From the human T2T-CHM13v2.0 reference genome, Homo sapiens, in NCBI RefSeq assembly GCF_009914755.1, contig NC_060939.1: a stretch of 64,000 nucleotides of DNA; one strand, written 5' to 3'. The notes beneath the pieces are model-generated. The model ran no database searches, was not told where the DNA came from, and was given only the letters and a program-made list of their open reading frames with translations. Below are positions 40,901 through 53,700 of this stretch, piece by piece. The number at the start of each line of letters is the position of its first letter. Within the stretch, counting starts at the first letter, position 1. A program made the position numbers and the translations under genes.

Positions 40901-43900
40901 AAAAGAGAGATACAAAACTGCTCTATCAAAAGATAGATTCGACTCTGTGAGTTGAATGCCAACATCGCAAAGAAGTTTCTCAGAATGCTTCTCTGCAGCT
41001 TTTTTGTGAGTATGTTTCGTTTTCCACCATAGGGCGAAATGGGGCTCCAAATATCCACTTGCATTTCCTACAAAAAGAGAGATTCTAAGCTGCTCAATCA
41101 AAACATTGTTTCAACACGGTTAGTTGAATGCACACATCCCAAAGATGTTTTTCAGAGTGCTTCTGTGTGGTTTTTATGTGAAGATACTTCCTTTTCCACA
41201 ATAGGCCTCAAATCTCTGTAAATATCCACTTGCAGACTCTACAAAGAGTGTTTCCAAACTGCTCAATCATAAGATAGGTTCAACTCCGATAGTTGAATGC
41301 ACACATCACAAAGAAGTTTCTCAGAAAGCTTCTGTGTAGTTTTTGATGAAGATATCTTCTTCTCTAAAACAGAACTCCAAGCCCTCCAAATATTCACTTC
41401 AAGATTCTACGGAAAGATTGTCTCAAAACTCCTAAATCAAAACAAAGTTTCAACTCTGTGTCATGAATGCATTCATCTCAAAGAAGTTTCTCTGAATGCT
41501 TCTGTGCAGTTTTTATTTGAAGATAATTGCTTTTCCAGTATAGGGCGAAATAGGGCTCCAAATATTCACTTGCAGATTCTACAGAAAGAGAGATTCCAAA
41601 CTGCTCAATCAAAACATAGGTTCAACACTGTGAGTTGAATGCATACATCGCAAAGAAGTTTCACAGAGTACTTCTGGGTGGTTTTTATTTGAAGATATTT
41701 CCCTTTCCACAATAGGCCTCAAAGCTTTCCAAATGTCCACTTGCAGATTCCACCAAAAGAGTGTTTCGAAACTGCTCAATCAAAAGAAAGGTTCTACTCT
41801 GTGGGATGAATGCACACATCACAAAGTAGTTTCTCAGAATGCTTCTGTGTAGTTTTTATGTGAAGATATTTGTTTTTCCACAGTAGGCCCCAAAGAGCTC
41901 CAAATATTCACTTGCAGATTCTACAAAAAGAGTGTTCCAAAACTGCTCAATCATGAAATAGGATCAACCCTGTGAGATGAATGTACGTATGACAGAGAAG
42001 TTTCTCAGAATGCTTCTGTGTAGTTTTTATGCGAAGATATTCGATTTTCCACAGTACGCCTCAAAGTTCTCCAATTATCCACTCGTAGATTCTGCAAAAA
42101 GAGAGATTCAAAACTGCTCAATCAAAAGATAGTTTCTACTCCATTAGCTGCAAGACCACATCACAAAAAAAGTTTCTCAGGATGCTTCTGTGTAGTTTTT
42201 ATGTGAAGATATTTGGTTTTCCACAGTAGGCCTCAAAGCGCTCCAAATATCCACTCACAGATTCTGCAAAAAGAGAGATTCAAAACTGCTGAATCAAAAG
42301 ACAGTTTCAACTCTGTGACTTCAGTGCACACCTCACAAGGATGTTTCTCAGAATGCTTCTGTGTAGTTTTTATATAAAGATATCTCCTTCTCCAAAATGG
42401 ATCTCAAAGTTCTCCAAATATTCACTTCCAGATTCTATGGAAAGATTGTCTCAAAACTGCTCAATCAAACCAAAGGTTCAACTCTGTGAGATGAATGCAC
42501 ACATCACAAAGAAGTTTCTCAGAGTACTTCTGTGTAGTTTCTATTTGAGGATAGTTCCTTTTCCACCACAGACCAGAAAGGGCTCCAAATATCCATTGCA
42601 GATGGTACAAAAAGTGAGATTCAAAACTGCTCAATCCAAAGGTAGTTTCAACCATGTGATATGAATGCACACAGCACAGAGAATTTTCTCAAAATGCGTC
42701 TGTCTAGTTTTTATTTGAAGATATTTCCTTTTCTACCATAGGCCACAAACGTCTCCAAATATCCACATGCAGCTTCTACAAAAAGAGAGATTCAAAACTT
42801 CTCAATCAAAAGATAGGTTCAACTCTGTGAGTTGAAAGCACACCTCACAAAGAAGTTTCTCAGAGTGCTTCTGTGTGTTTTTATGTGAAGATATTTCCTT
42901 TTCCACAATAGGCCTCAAAGCTCTCCAAATATCTCCGAGCAGAGTCTACAAAATGAGAGATTCAAAACTGCTCAATGAAAAGATAGGTTCAACTCTGTGA
43001 GTTGAATGCACACCTCCAAAGAAGTTTCTCAGAATGCTTCCGTGTAGTTTTTATGTGAAGATATTTACTTTTCCACAGTTGTCCCAAAGCTCTAAAATAT
43101 CCACTTGCAGACCCTCCAAAAGAGTGTTTCAGAATTGCTCAATCAAAGGGAAGGTTCAATTCTGTGTGACCAATGCACTCATCACAAAGAAGTTTGTCTG
43201 AATGCTTCTGTGTAGAATTGATTTGAAGATAATTCCTTTTCCACCACAGTCCGCAAAGGGCTAAAAATATCCACTTGCCGATTCCACAAAAAGAGAGATT
43301 CAAAACTGCTCAATCACAAGATAGGTTCAACTTGGTAATTGGAAAGCACACATGACAAACAATTTCTGAGAATGTTTCTGTGTAGTTTTTAAGGGAAGAT
43401 ATTTGATTTTCAAATGTAGGCCTCAAATCGCTCCAAATATCCACTTGCATATTGTACAAAAAGAGAGATTCAAAACTGGTCACTCAAAAGTTAGGTCCAG
43501 CTCTGTGAGCTGAATGCACACATCACAAAGATGTTTCTCAGAAGGTTTCTGTATAGTTTTTATATGAAGATATTTGCTTTTCCACAATATGCCTCAAATC
43601 TCCCCAATTATCCACTTGCAGATTCTAGAAAAAGAGTGTTTCAAAACAGCTCAATCAAAATAAACTTTCAACTCTGTGAGATCAATGCACACATCACAAA
43701 GAAGTTTCTCAGAATGCTTCTGTGTAGTTTTTTTTGTGAAGATATTTGATTTTCCACAGCAGGCTTCCAAGCACTCCAAATATCCACTCGCAGATTCTGC
43801 AAAAAGAGAGATTCAAATCTGCTGAATCAAAAGATAGGTTTAACTCTGTGACTTCAATGCACACCTCACAAGGGTGTTTCTCAGAAAGCTTCTGTGTAGT

Positions 43901-44772
43901 TTTTATATGAAGATATCTCCTTCTCCAAAGCAGGTCTCAAAGCCCTCCAAATATTCACTTCAAGATTCTACGGAAAGATTGTCTCAACACTGCTAAATCT
44001 AAACAAATGTTCAACTCTGTGTGATGAATGCACTCATCACAGAGAAGTTTCTCTGAATGCCTCTGTGTAGTTTTTATTTGAAGATATTTGCTTTTCCAGT
44101 ATAGGGCGAAATAGGGCTCCAAATATTCACTTGCAGATTCTACAAAAGGAGAGATTCCAAACTGCTCAATCAAAACATAGGTTCAACACTGTGAGTTGAA
44201 TGCACACATCACAAAGAAGTTTCACAGAGTGCTTCTGGGTAGTTTTTATTTGAGGATATTTCCCTTTCCACAATAGGCCTCAAAGCTTTCCAAATATCCA
44301 CTTGCAGATTCTGCAAAAAGAGAGATACAAAACTGCTCTATCAAAAGATAGATTCGACTCTGTGAGTTGAATGCCAACATCGCAAAGAAGTTTCTCAGAA
44401 TGCTTCTCTGCAGCTTTTTTGTGAGTATGTTTCGTTTTCCACCATAGGGCGAAATGGGGCTCCAAATATCCACTTGCATTTCCTACAAAAAGAGAGATTC
44501 TAAGCTGCTCAATCAAAACATTGTTTCAACACGGTTAGTTGAATGCACACATCCCAAAGATGTTTTTCAGAGTGCTTCTGTGTGGTTTTTATGTGAAGAT
44601 ACTTCCTTTTCCACAATAGGCCTCAAATCTCTGTAAATATCCACTTGCAGACTCTACAAAGAGTGTTTCCAAACTGCTCAATCATAAGATAGGTTCAACT
44701 CCGATAGTTGAATGCACACATCACAAAGAAGTTTCTCAGAAAGCTTCTGTGTAGTTTTTGATGAAGATATCT

Positions 44773-47700
44773 CCTTCTCTAAAACAGAACTCCAAGCCCT
44801 CCAAATATTCACTTCAAGATTCTACGGAAAGATTGTCTCAAACTGCTAAATCAAAACAAAGGTTCAACTCTGTGTGATGAATGCATTCATCACAAAGAAG
44901 TTTCTCTGAGTGCTTCTGTGCAGTTTTTATTTGAAGATAATTGCTTTTCCAGTATAGGGCGAAATAGGGCTCCAAATATTCACTTGCAGATTCTACAGAA
45001 AGAGAGATTCCAAACTGCTCAATCAAAACATAGGTTCAACACTGTGAGTTGAATGCATACATCGCAAAGAAGTTTCACAGAGTACTTCTGGGTGGTTTTT
45101 ATTTGAAGATATTTCCCTTTCCACAATAGGCCTCAAAGCTTTCCAAATGTCCACTTGCAGATTCCACCAAAAGAGTGTTTCGAAACTGCTCAATCAAAAG
45201 AAAGGTTCTACTCTGTGGGATGAATGCACACATCACAAAGTAGTTTCTCAGAATGCTTCTGTGTAGTTTTTATGTGAAGATATTTGTTTTTCCACAGTAG
45301 GCCCCAAAGAGCTCCAAATATTCACTTGCAGATTCTACAAAAAGAGTGTTCCAAAACTGCTCAATCATGAAATAGGATCAACCCTGTGAGATGAATGTAC
45401 GTATGACAGAGAAGTTTCTCAGAATGCTTCTGTGTAGTTTTTATGCGAAGATATTCGACTTTCCACAGTACGCCTCAAAGTTCTCCAATTATCCACTCGT
45501 AGATCCTGCAAAAAGAGAGATTCAAAACTGCTCAATCAAAAGATAGTTTCTACTCCATTAGCTGAAAGACCACATCACAAAAAAAGTTTCTCAGGATGCT
45601 TCTGTGTAGTTTTTATGTGAAGATATTTGGTTTTCCACAGTAGGCCTCAAAGCGCTCCAAATATCCACTCACAGATTCTGCAAAAAGAGAGATTCAAAAC
45701 TGCTGAATCAAAAGACAGTTTCAACTCTGTGACTTCAGTGCACAGCTCACAAGGATGTTTCTCAGAATGCTTCTGTGGAGTTTTTATATAAAGATATCTC
45801 CTTCTCCAAAATGGATCTCAAAGTTCTCCAAATATTCACTTCCAGATTCTATGGAAAGATTGTCTCAAAACTGCTCAATCAAACCAAAGGTTCAACTCTG
45901 TGAGATGAATGCCCACATCACAAAGAAGTTTCTCAGAGTACTTCTGTGTAGTTTCTATTTGAGGATAGTTCCTTTTCCACCACAGACCAGAAAGGGCTCC
46001 AAATATCCATTGCAGATGGTACAAAAAGTGAGATTCAAAACTGCTCAATCCAAAGGTAGTTTCAACCATGTGATATGAATGCACACAGCACAGAGAATTT
46101 TCTCAAAATGCGTCTGTCTAGTTTTTATTTGAAGATATTTCCTTTTCTACCATAGGCCACAAACGTCTCCAAATATCCACATGCAGCTTCTACAAAAAGA
46201 GAGATTCAAAACTTCTCAATCAAAAGATAGGTTCAACTCTGTGAGTTGAAAGCACACCTCACAGAGAAGTTTCTCAGAGTGCTTCTGTGTGGTGTTTTTA
46301 TGTGAAGATATTTCCTTTTCCACAATAGGCCTCAAAGCTCTCCAAATATCTGCGAGCAGAGTCTACAAAATGAGAGATTCAAAACTGCTCAATGAAAAGA
46401 TAGGTTCAACTCTGTGAGTTGAATGCACACCTCCAAAGAAGTTTCTCAGAATGCTTCCGTGTAGTTTTTATGTGAAGATATTTACTTTTCCACAGTTGTC
46501 CCAAAGCTCTAAAATGTCCACTTGCAGACCCTCCAAAAGAGTGTTTCAGAATTGCTCAATCAAAGGGAAGGTTCAATTCTGTGTGACCAATGCACTCATC
46601 ACAAAGAAGTTTGTCTGAATGCTTCTGTGTAGAATTGATTTGAAGATAATTCCTTTTCCACCACAGTCCGCAAAGGGCTAAAAATATCCACTTGCCGATT
46701 CCACAAAAAGAGAGATTCAAAACTGCTCAATCACAAGATAGGTTCAACTTGGTAATTGGAAAGCACACATGACAAACAATTTCTGAGAATGTTTCTGTGT
46801 AGTTTTTAAGGGAAGATATTTGATTTTCAAATGTAGGCCTCAAATCGCTCCAAATATCCACTTGCATATTGTACAAAAAGAGAGATTCAAAACTGGTCAC
46901 TCAAAAGTTAGGTCCAGCTCTGTGAGCTGAATGCACACATCACAAAGATGTTTCTCAGAAGGTTTCTGTATAGTTTTTATATGAAGATATTTGCTTTTCC
47001 ACAATATGCCTCAAATCTCCCCAATTATCCACTTGCAGATTCTAGAAAAAGAGTGTTTCAAAACAGCTCAATCAAAATAAACTTTCAACTCTGTGAGATC
47101 AATGCACACATCACAAAGAAGTTTCTCAGAATGCTTCTGTGTAGTTTTTTTTGTGAAGATATTTGATTTTCCACAGCAGGCTTCCAAGCACTCCAAATAT
47201 CCACTCGCAGATTCTGCAAAAAGAGAGATTCAAATCTGCTGAATCAAAAGATAGGTTTAACTCTGTGACTTCAATGCACACCTCACAAGGGTGTTTCTCA
47301 GAAAGCTTCTGTGTAGTTTTTATATGAAGATATCTCCTTCTCCAAAGCAGGTCTCAAAGCCCTCCAAATATTCACTTCAAGATTCTACGGAAAGATTGTC
47401 TCAACACTGCTAAATCTAAACAAATGTTCAACTCTGTGTGATGAATGCACTCATCACAGAGAAGTTTCTCTGAATGCCTCTGTGTAGTTTTTATTTGAAG
47501 ATATTTGCTTTTCCAGTATAGGGCGAAATAGGGCTCCAAATATTCACTTGCAGATTCTACAAAAGGAGAGATTCCAAACTGCTCAATCAAAACATAGGTT
47601 CAACACTCTGAGTTGAATGCACACATCACAAAGAAGTTTCACAGAGTGCTTCTGGGTAGTTTTTATTTGAGGATATTTCCCTTTCCACAATAGGCCTCAA

Positions 47701-50700
47701 AGCTTTCCAAATATCCACTTGCAGATTCTGCAAAAAGAGAGATACAAAACTGCTCTATCAAAAGATAGATTCGACTCTGTGAGTTGAATGCCAACATCGC
47801 AAAGAAGTTTCTCAGAATGCTTCTCTGCAGCTTTTTTGTGAGTATGTTTCGTTTTCCACCATAGGGCGAAATGGGGCTCCAAATATCCACTTGCATTTCC
47901 TACAAAAAGAGAGATTCTAAGCTGCTCAATCAAAACATTGTTTCAACACGGTTAGTTGAATGCACACATCCCAGAGATGTTTTTCAGAGTGCTTCTGTGT
48001 GGTTTTTATGTGAAGATACTTCCTTTTCCACAATAGGCCTCAAATCTCTGTAAATATCCACTTGCAGACTCTACAAAGAGTGTTTCCAAACTCCTCAATC
48101 ATAAGATAGGTTCAACTCCGATAGTTGAATGCACACATCACAAAGAAGTTTCTCGGAAAGCTTCTGTGTAGTTTTTGATGAAGATATCTCCTTCTCTAAA
48201 ACAGAACTCCAAGCCCTCCAAATATTCACTTCAAGATTCTACGGAAAGATTGTCTCAAACTGCTAAATCAAAACAAAGGTTCAACTCTGTGTGATGAATG
48301 CATTCATCACAAAGAAGTTTCTCTGAGTGCTTCTGTGCAGTTTTTATTTGAAGATAATTGCTTTTCCAGTATAGGGCGAAATAGGGCTCCAAATATTCAC
48401 TTGCAGATTCTACAGAAAGAGAGATTCCAAACTGCTCAATCAAAACATAGGTTCAACACTGTGAGTTGAATGCATACATCGCAAAGAAGTTTCACAGAGT
48501 ACTTCTGGGTGGTTTTTATTTGAAGATATTTCCCTTTCCACAATAGGCCTCAAAGCTTTCCAAATGTCCACTTGCAGATTCCACCAAAAGAGTGTTTCGA
48601 AACTGCTCAATCAAAAGAAAGGTTCTACTCTGTGGGATGAATGCACACATCACAAAGTAGTTTCTCAGAATGCTTCTGTGTAGTTTTTATGTGAAGATAT
48701 TTGTTTTTCCACAGTAGGCCCCAAAGAGCTCCAAATATTCACTTGCAGATTCTACAAAAAGAGTGTTCCAAAACTGCTCAATCATGAAATAGGATCAACC
48801 CTGTGAGATGAATGTACGTATGACAGAGAAGTTTCTCAGAATGCTTCTGTGTAGTTTTTATGCGAAGATATTCGACTTTCCACAGTACGCCTCAAAGTTC
48901 TCCAATTATCCACTCGTAGATCCTGCAAAAAGAGAGATTCAAAACTGCTCAATCAAAAGATAGTTTCTACTCCATTAGCTGAAAGACCACATCACAAAAA
49001 AAGTTTCTCAGGATGCTTCTGTGTAGTTTTTATGTGAAGATATTTGGTTTTCCACAGTAGGCCTCAAAGCGCTCCAAATATCCACTCACAGATTCTGCAA
49101 AAAGAGAGATTCAAAACTGCTGAATCAAAAGACAGTTTCAACTCTGTGACTTCAGTGCACACCTCACAAGGATGTTTCTCAGAATGCTTCTGTGGAGTTT
49201 TTATATAAAGATATCTCCTTCTCCAAAATGGATCTCAAAGTTCTCCAAATATTCACTTCCAGATTCTATGGAAAGATTGTCTCAAAACTGCTCAATCAAA
49301 CCAAAGGTTCAACTCTGTGAGATGAATGCCCACATCACAAAGAAGTTTCTCAGAGTACTTCTGTGTAGTTTCTATTTGAGGATAGTTCCTTTTCCACCAC
49401 AGACCAGAAAGGGCTCCAAATATCCATTGCAGATGGTACAAAAAGTGAGATTCAAAACTGCTCAATCCAAAGGTAGTTTCAACCATGTGATATGAATGCA
49501 CACAGCACAGAGAATTTTCTCAAAATGTGTCTGTCTAGTTTTTATTTGAAGATATTTCCTTTTCTACCATAGGCCACAAACGTCTCCAAATATCCACATG
49601 CAGCTTCTACAAAAAGAGAGATTCAAAACTTCTCAATCAAAAGATAGGTTCAACTCTGTGAGTTGAAAGCACACCTCACAGAGAAGTTTCTCAGAGTGCT
49701 TCTGTGTGGTGTTTTTATGTGAAGATATTTCCTTTTCCACAATAGGCCTCAAAGCTCTCCAAATATCTGCGAGCAGAGTCTACAAAATGAGAGATTCAAA
49801 ACTGCTCAATGAAAAGATAGGTTCAACTCTGTGAGTTGAATGCACACCTCCAAAGAAGTTTCTCAGAATGCTTCCGTGTAGTTTTTATGTGAAGATATTT
49901 ACTTTTCCACAGTTGTCCCAAAGCTCTAAAATGTCCACTTGCAGACCCTCCAAAAGAGTGTTTCAGAATTGCTCAATCAAAGGGAAGGTTCAATTCTGTG
50001 TGACCAATGCACTCATCACAAAGAAGTTTGTCTGAATGCTTCTGTGTAGAATTGATTTGAAGATAATTCCTTTTCCACCACAGTCCGCAAAGGGCTAAAA
50101 ATATCCACTTGCCGATTCCACAAAAAGAGAGATTCAAAACTGCTCAATCACAAGATAGGTTCAACTTGGTAATTGGAAAGCACACATGACAAACAATTTC
50201 TGAGAATGTTTCTGTGTAGTTTTTAAGGGAAGATATTTGATTTTCAAATGTAGGCCTCAAATCGCTCCAAATATCCACTTGCATATTGTACAAAAAGAGA
50301 GATTCAAAACTGGTCACTCAAAAGTTAGGTCCAGCTCTGTGAGCTGAATGCACACATCACAAAGATGTTTCTCAGAAGGTTTCTGTATAGTTTTTATATG
50401 AAGATATTTGCTTTTCCACAATATGCCTCAAATCTCCCCAATTATCCACTTGCAGATTCTAGAAAAAGAGTGTTTCAAAACAGCTCAATCAAAATAAACT
50501 TTCAACTCTGTGAGATCAATGCACACATCACAAAGAAGTTTCTCAGAATGCTTCTGTGTAGTTTTTTTTGTGAAGATATTTGATTTTCCACAGCAGGCTT
50601 CCAAGCACTCCAAATATCCACTCGCAGATTCTGCAAAAAGAGAGATTCAAATCTGCTGAATCAAAAGATAGGTTTAACTCTGTGACTTCAATGCACACCT

Positions 50701-53700
50701 CACAAGGGTGTTTCTCAGAAAGCTTCTGTGTAGTTTTTATATGAAGATATCTCCTTCTCCAAAGCAGGTCTCAAAGCCCTCCAAATATTCACTTCAAGAT
50801 TCTACGGAAAGATTGTCTCAACACTGCTAAATCTAAACAAATGTTCAACTCTGTGTGATGAATGCACTCATCACAGAGAAGTTTCTCTGAATGCCTCTGT
50901 GTAGTTTTTATTTGAAGATATTTGCTTTTCCAGTATAGGGCGAAATAGGGCTCCAAATATTCACTTGCAGATTCTACAAAAGGAGAGATTCCAAACTGCT
51001 CAATCAAAACATAGGTTCAACACTGTGAGTTGAATGCACACATCACAAAGAAGTTTCACAGAGTGCTTCTGGGTAGTTTTTATTTGAGGATATTTCCCTT
51101 TCCACAATAGGCCTCAAAGCTTTCCAAATATCCACTTGCAGATTCTGCAAAAAGAGAGATACAAAACTGCTCTATCAAAAGATAGATTCGACTCTGTGAG
51201 TTGAATGCCAACATCGCAAAGAAGTTTCTCAGAATGCTTCTCTGCAGCTTTTTTGTGAGTATGTTTCGTTTTCCACCATAGGGCGAAATGGGGCTCCAAA
51301 TATCCACTTGCATTTCCTACAAAAAGAGAGATTCTAAGCTGCTCAATCAAAACATTGTTTCAACACGGTTAGTTGAATGCACACATCCCAAAGATGTTTT
51401 TCAGAGTGCTTCTGTGTGGTTTTTATGTGAAGATACTTCCTTTTCCACAATAGGCCTCAAATCTCTGTAAATATCCACTTGCAGACTCTACAAAGAGTGT
51501 TTCCAAACTCCTCAATCATAAGATAGGTTCAACTCCGATAGTTGAATGCACACATCACAAAGAAGTTTCTCGGAAAGCTTCTGTGTAGTTTTTGATGAAG
51601 ATATCTCCTTCTCTAAAACAGAACTCCAAGCCCTCCAAATATTCACTTCAAGATTCTACGGAAAGATTGTCTCAAACTGCTAAATCAAAACAAAGGTTCA
51701 ACTCTGTGTGATGAATGCATTCATCACAAAGAAGTTTCTCTGAGTGCTTCTGTGCAGTTTTTATTTGAAGATAATTGCTTTTCCAGTATAGGGCGAAATA
51801 GGGCTCCAAATATTCACTTGCAGATTCTACAGAAAGAGAGATTCCAAACTGCTCAATCAAAACATAGGTTCAACACTGTGAGTTGAATGCATACATCGCA
51901 AAGAAGTTTCACAGAGTACTTCTGGGTGGTTTTTATTTGAAGATATTTCCCTTTCCACAATAGGCCTCAAAGCTTTCCAAATGTCCACTTGCAGATTCCA
52001 CCAAAAGAGTGTTTCGAAACTGCTCAATCAAAAGAAAGGTTCTACTCTGTGGGATGAATGCACACATCACAAAGTAGTTTCTCAGAATGCTTCTGTGTAG
52101 TTTTTATGTGAAGATATTTGTTTTTCCACAGTAGGCCCCAAAGAGCTCCAAATATTCACTTGCAGATTCTACAAAAAGAGTGTTCCAAAACTGCTCAATC
52201 ATGAAATAGGATCAACCCTGTGAGATGAATGTACGTATGACAGAGAAGTTTCTCAGAATGCTTCTGTGTAGTTTTTATGCGAAGATATTCGACTTTCCAC
52301 AGTACGCCTCAAAGTTCTCCAATTATCCACTCGTAGATCCTGCAAAAAGAGAGATTCAAAACTGCTCAATCAAAAGATAGTTTCTACTCCATTAGCTGAA
52401 AGACCACATCACAAAAAAAGTTTCTCAGGATGCTTCTGTGTAGTTTTTATGTGAAGATATTTGGTTTTCCACAGTAGGCCTCAAAGCGCTCCAAATATCC
52501 ACTCACAGATTCTGCAAAAAGAGAGATTCAAAACTGCTGAATCAAAAGACAGTTTCAACTCTGTGACTTCAGTGCACAGCTCACAAGGATGTTTCTCAGA
52601 ATGCTTCTGTGGAGTTTTTATATAAAGATATCTCCTTCTCCAAAATGGATCTCAAAGTTCTCCAAATATTCACTTCCAGATTCTATGGAAAGATTGTCTC
52701 AAAACTGCTCAATCAAACCAAAGGTTCAACTCTGTGAGATGAATGCCCACATCACAAAGAAGTTTCTCAGAGTACTTCTGTGTAGTTTCTATTTGAGGAT
52801 AGTTCCTTTTCCACCACAGACCAGAAAGGGCTCCAAATATCCATTGCAGATGGTACAAAAAGTGAGATTCAAAACTGCTCAATCCAAAGGTAGTTTCAAC
52901 CATGTGATATGAATGCACACAGCACAGAGAATTTTCTCAAAATGCGTCTGTCTAGTTTTTATTTGAAGATATTTCCTTTTCTACCATAGGCCACAAACGT
53001 CTCCAAATATCCACATGCAGCTTCTACAAAAAGAGAGATTCAAAACTTCTCAATCAAAAGATAGGTTCAACTCTGTGAGTTGAAAGCACACCTCACAGAG
53101 AAGTTTCTCAGAGTGCTTCTGTGTGGTGTTTTTATGTGAAGATATTTCCTTTTCCACAATAGGCCTCAAAGCTCTCCAAATATCTGCGAGCAGAGTCTAC
53201 AAAATGAGAGATTCAAAACTGCTCAATGAAAAGATAGGTTCAACTCTGTGAGTTGAATGCACACCTCCAAAGAAGTTTCTCAGAATGCTTCCGTGTAGTT
53301 TTTATGTGAAGATATTTACTTTTCCACAGTTGTCCCAAAGCTCTAAAATGTCCACTTGCAGACCCTCCAAAAGAGTGTTTCAGAATTGCTCAATCAAAGG
53401 GAAGGTTCAATTCTGTGTGACCAATGCACTCATCACAAAGAAGTTTGTCTGAATGCTTCTGTGTAGAATTGATTTGAAGATAATTCCTTTTCCACCACAG
53501 TCCGCAAAGGGCTAAAAATATCCACTTGCCGATTCCACAAAAAGAGAGATTCAAAACTGCTCAATCACAAGATAGGTTCAACTTGGTAATTGGAAAGCAC
53601 ACATGACAAACAATTTCTGAGAATGTTTCTGTGTAGTTTTTAAGGGAAGATATTTGATTTTCAAATGTAGGCCTCAAATCGCTCCAAATATCCACTTGCA

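Larger units (their letters stand above)
1..44738 (-). repeat. Left HOR block: units 1-13 (3414/3415 bp), a heterogeneous mosaic of HOR haplotypes
   Basis: Unit lengths from ORF anchors are 3414, 3414, 3414, 3415, 3414, 3415, 3415, 3415, 3414, 3414, 3415, 3415, 3415. Diagnostic SNVs are shared among non-adjacent units. Confidence 0.85.
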
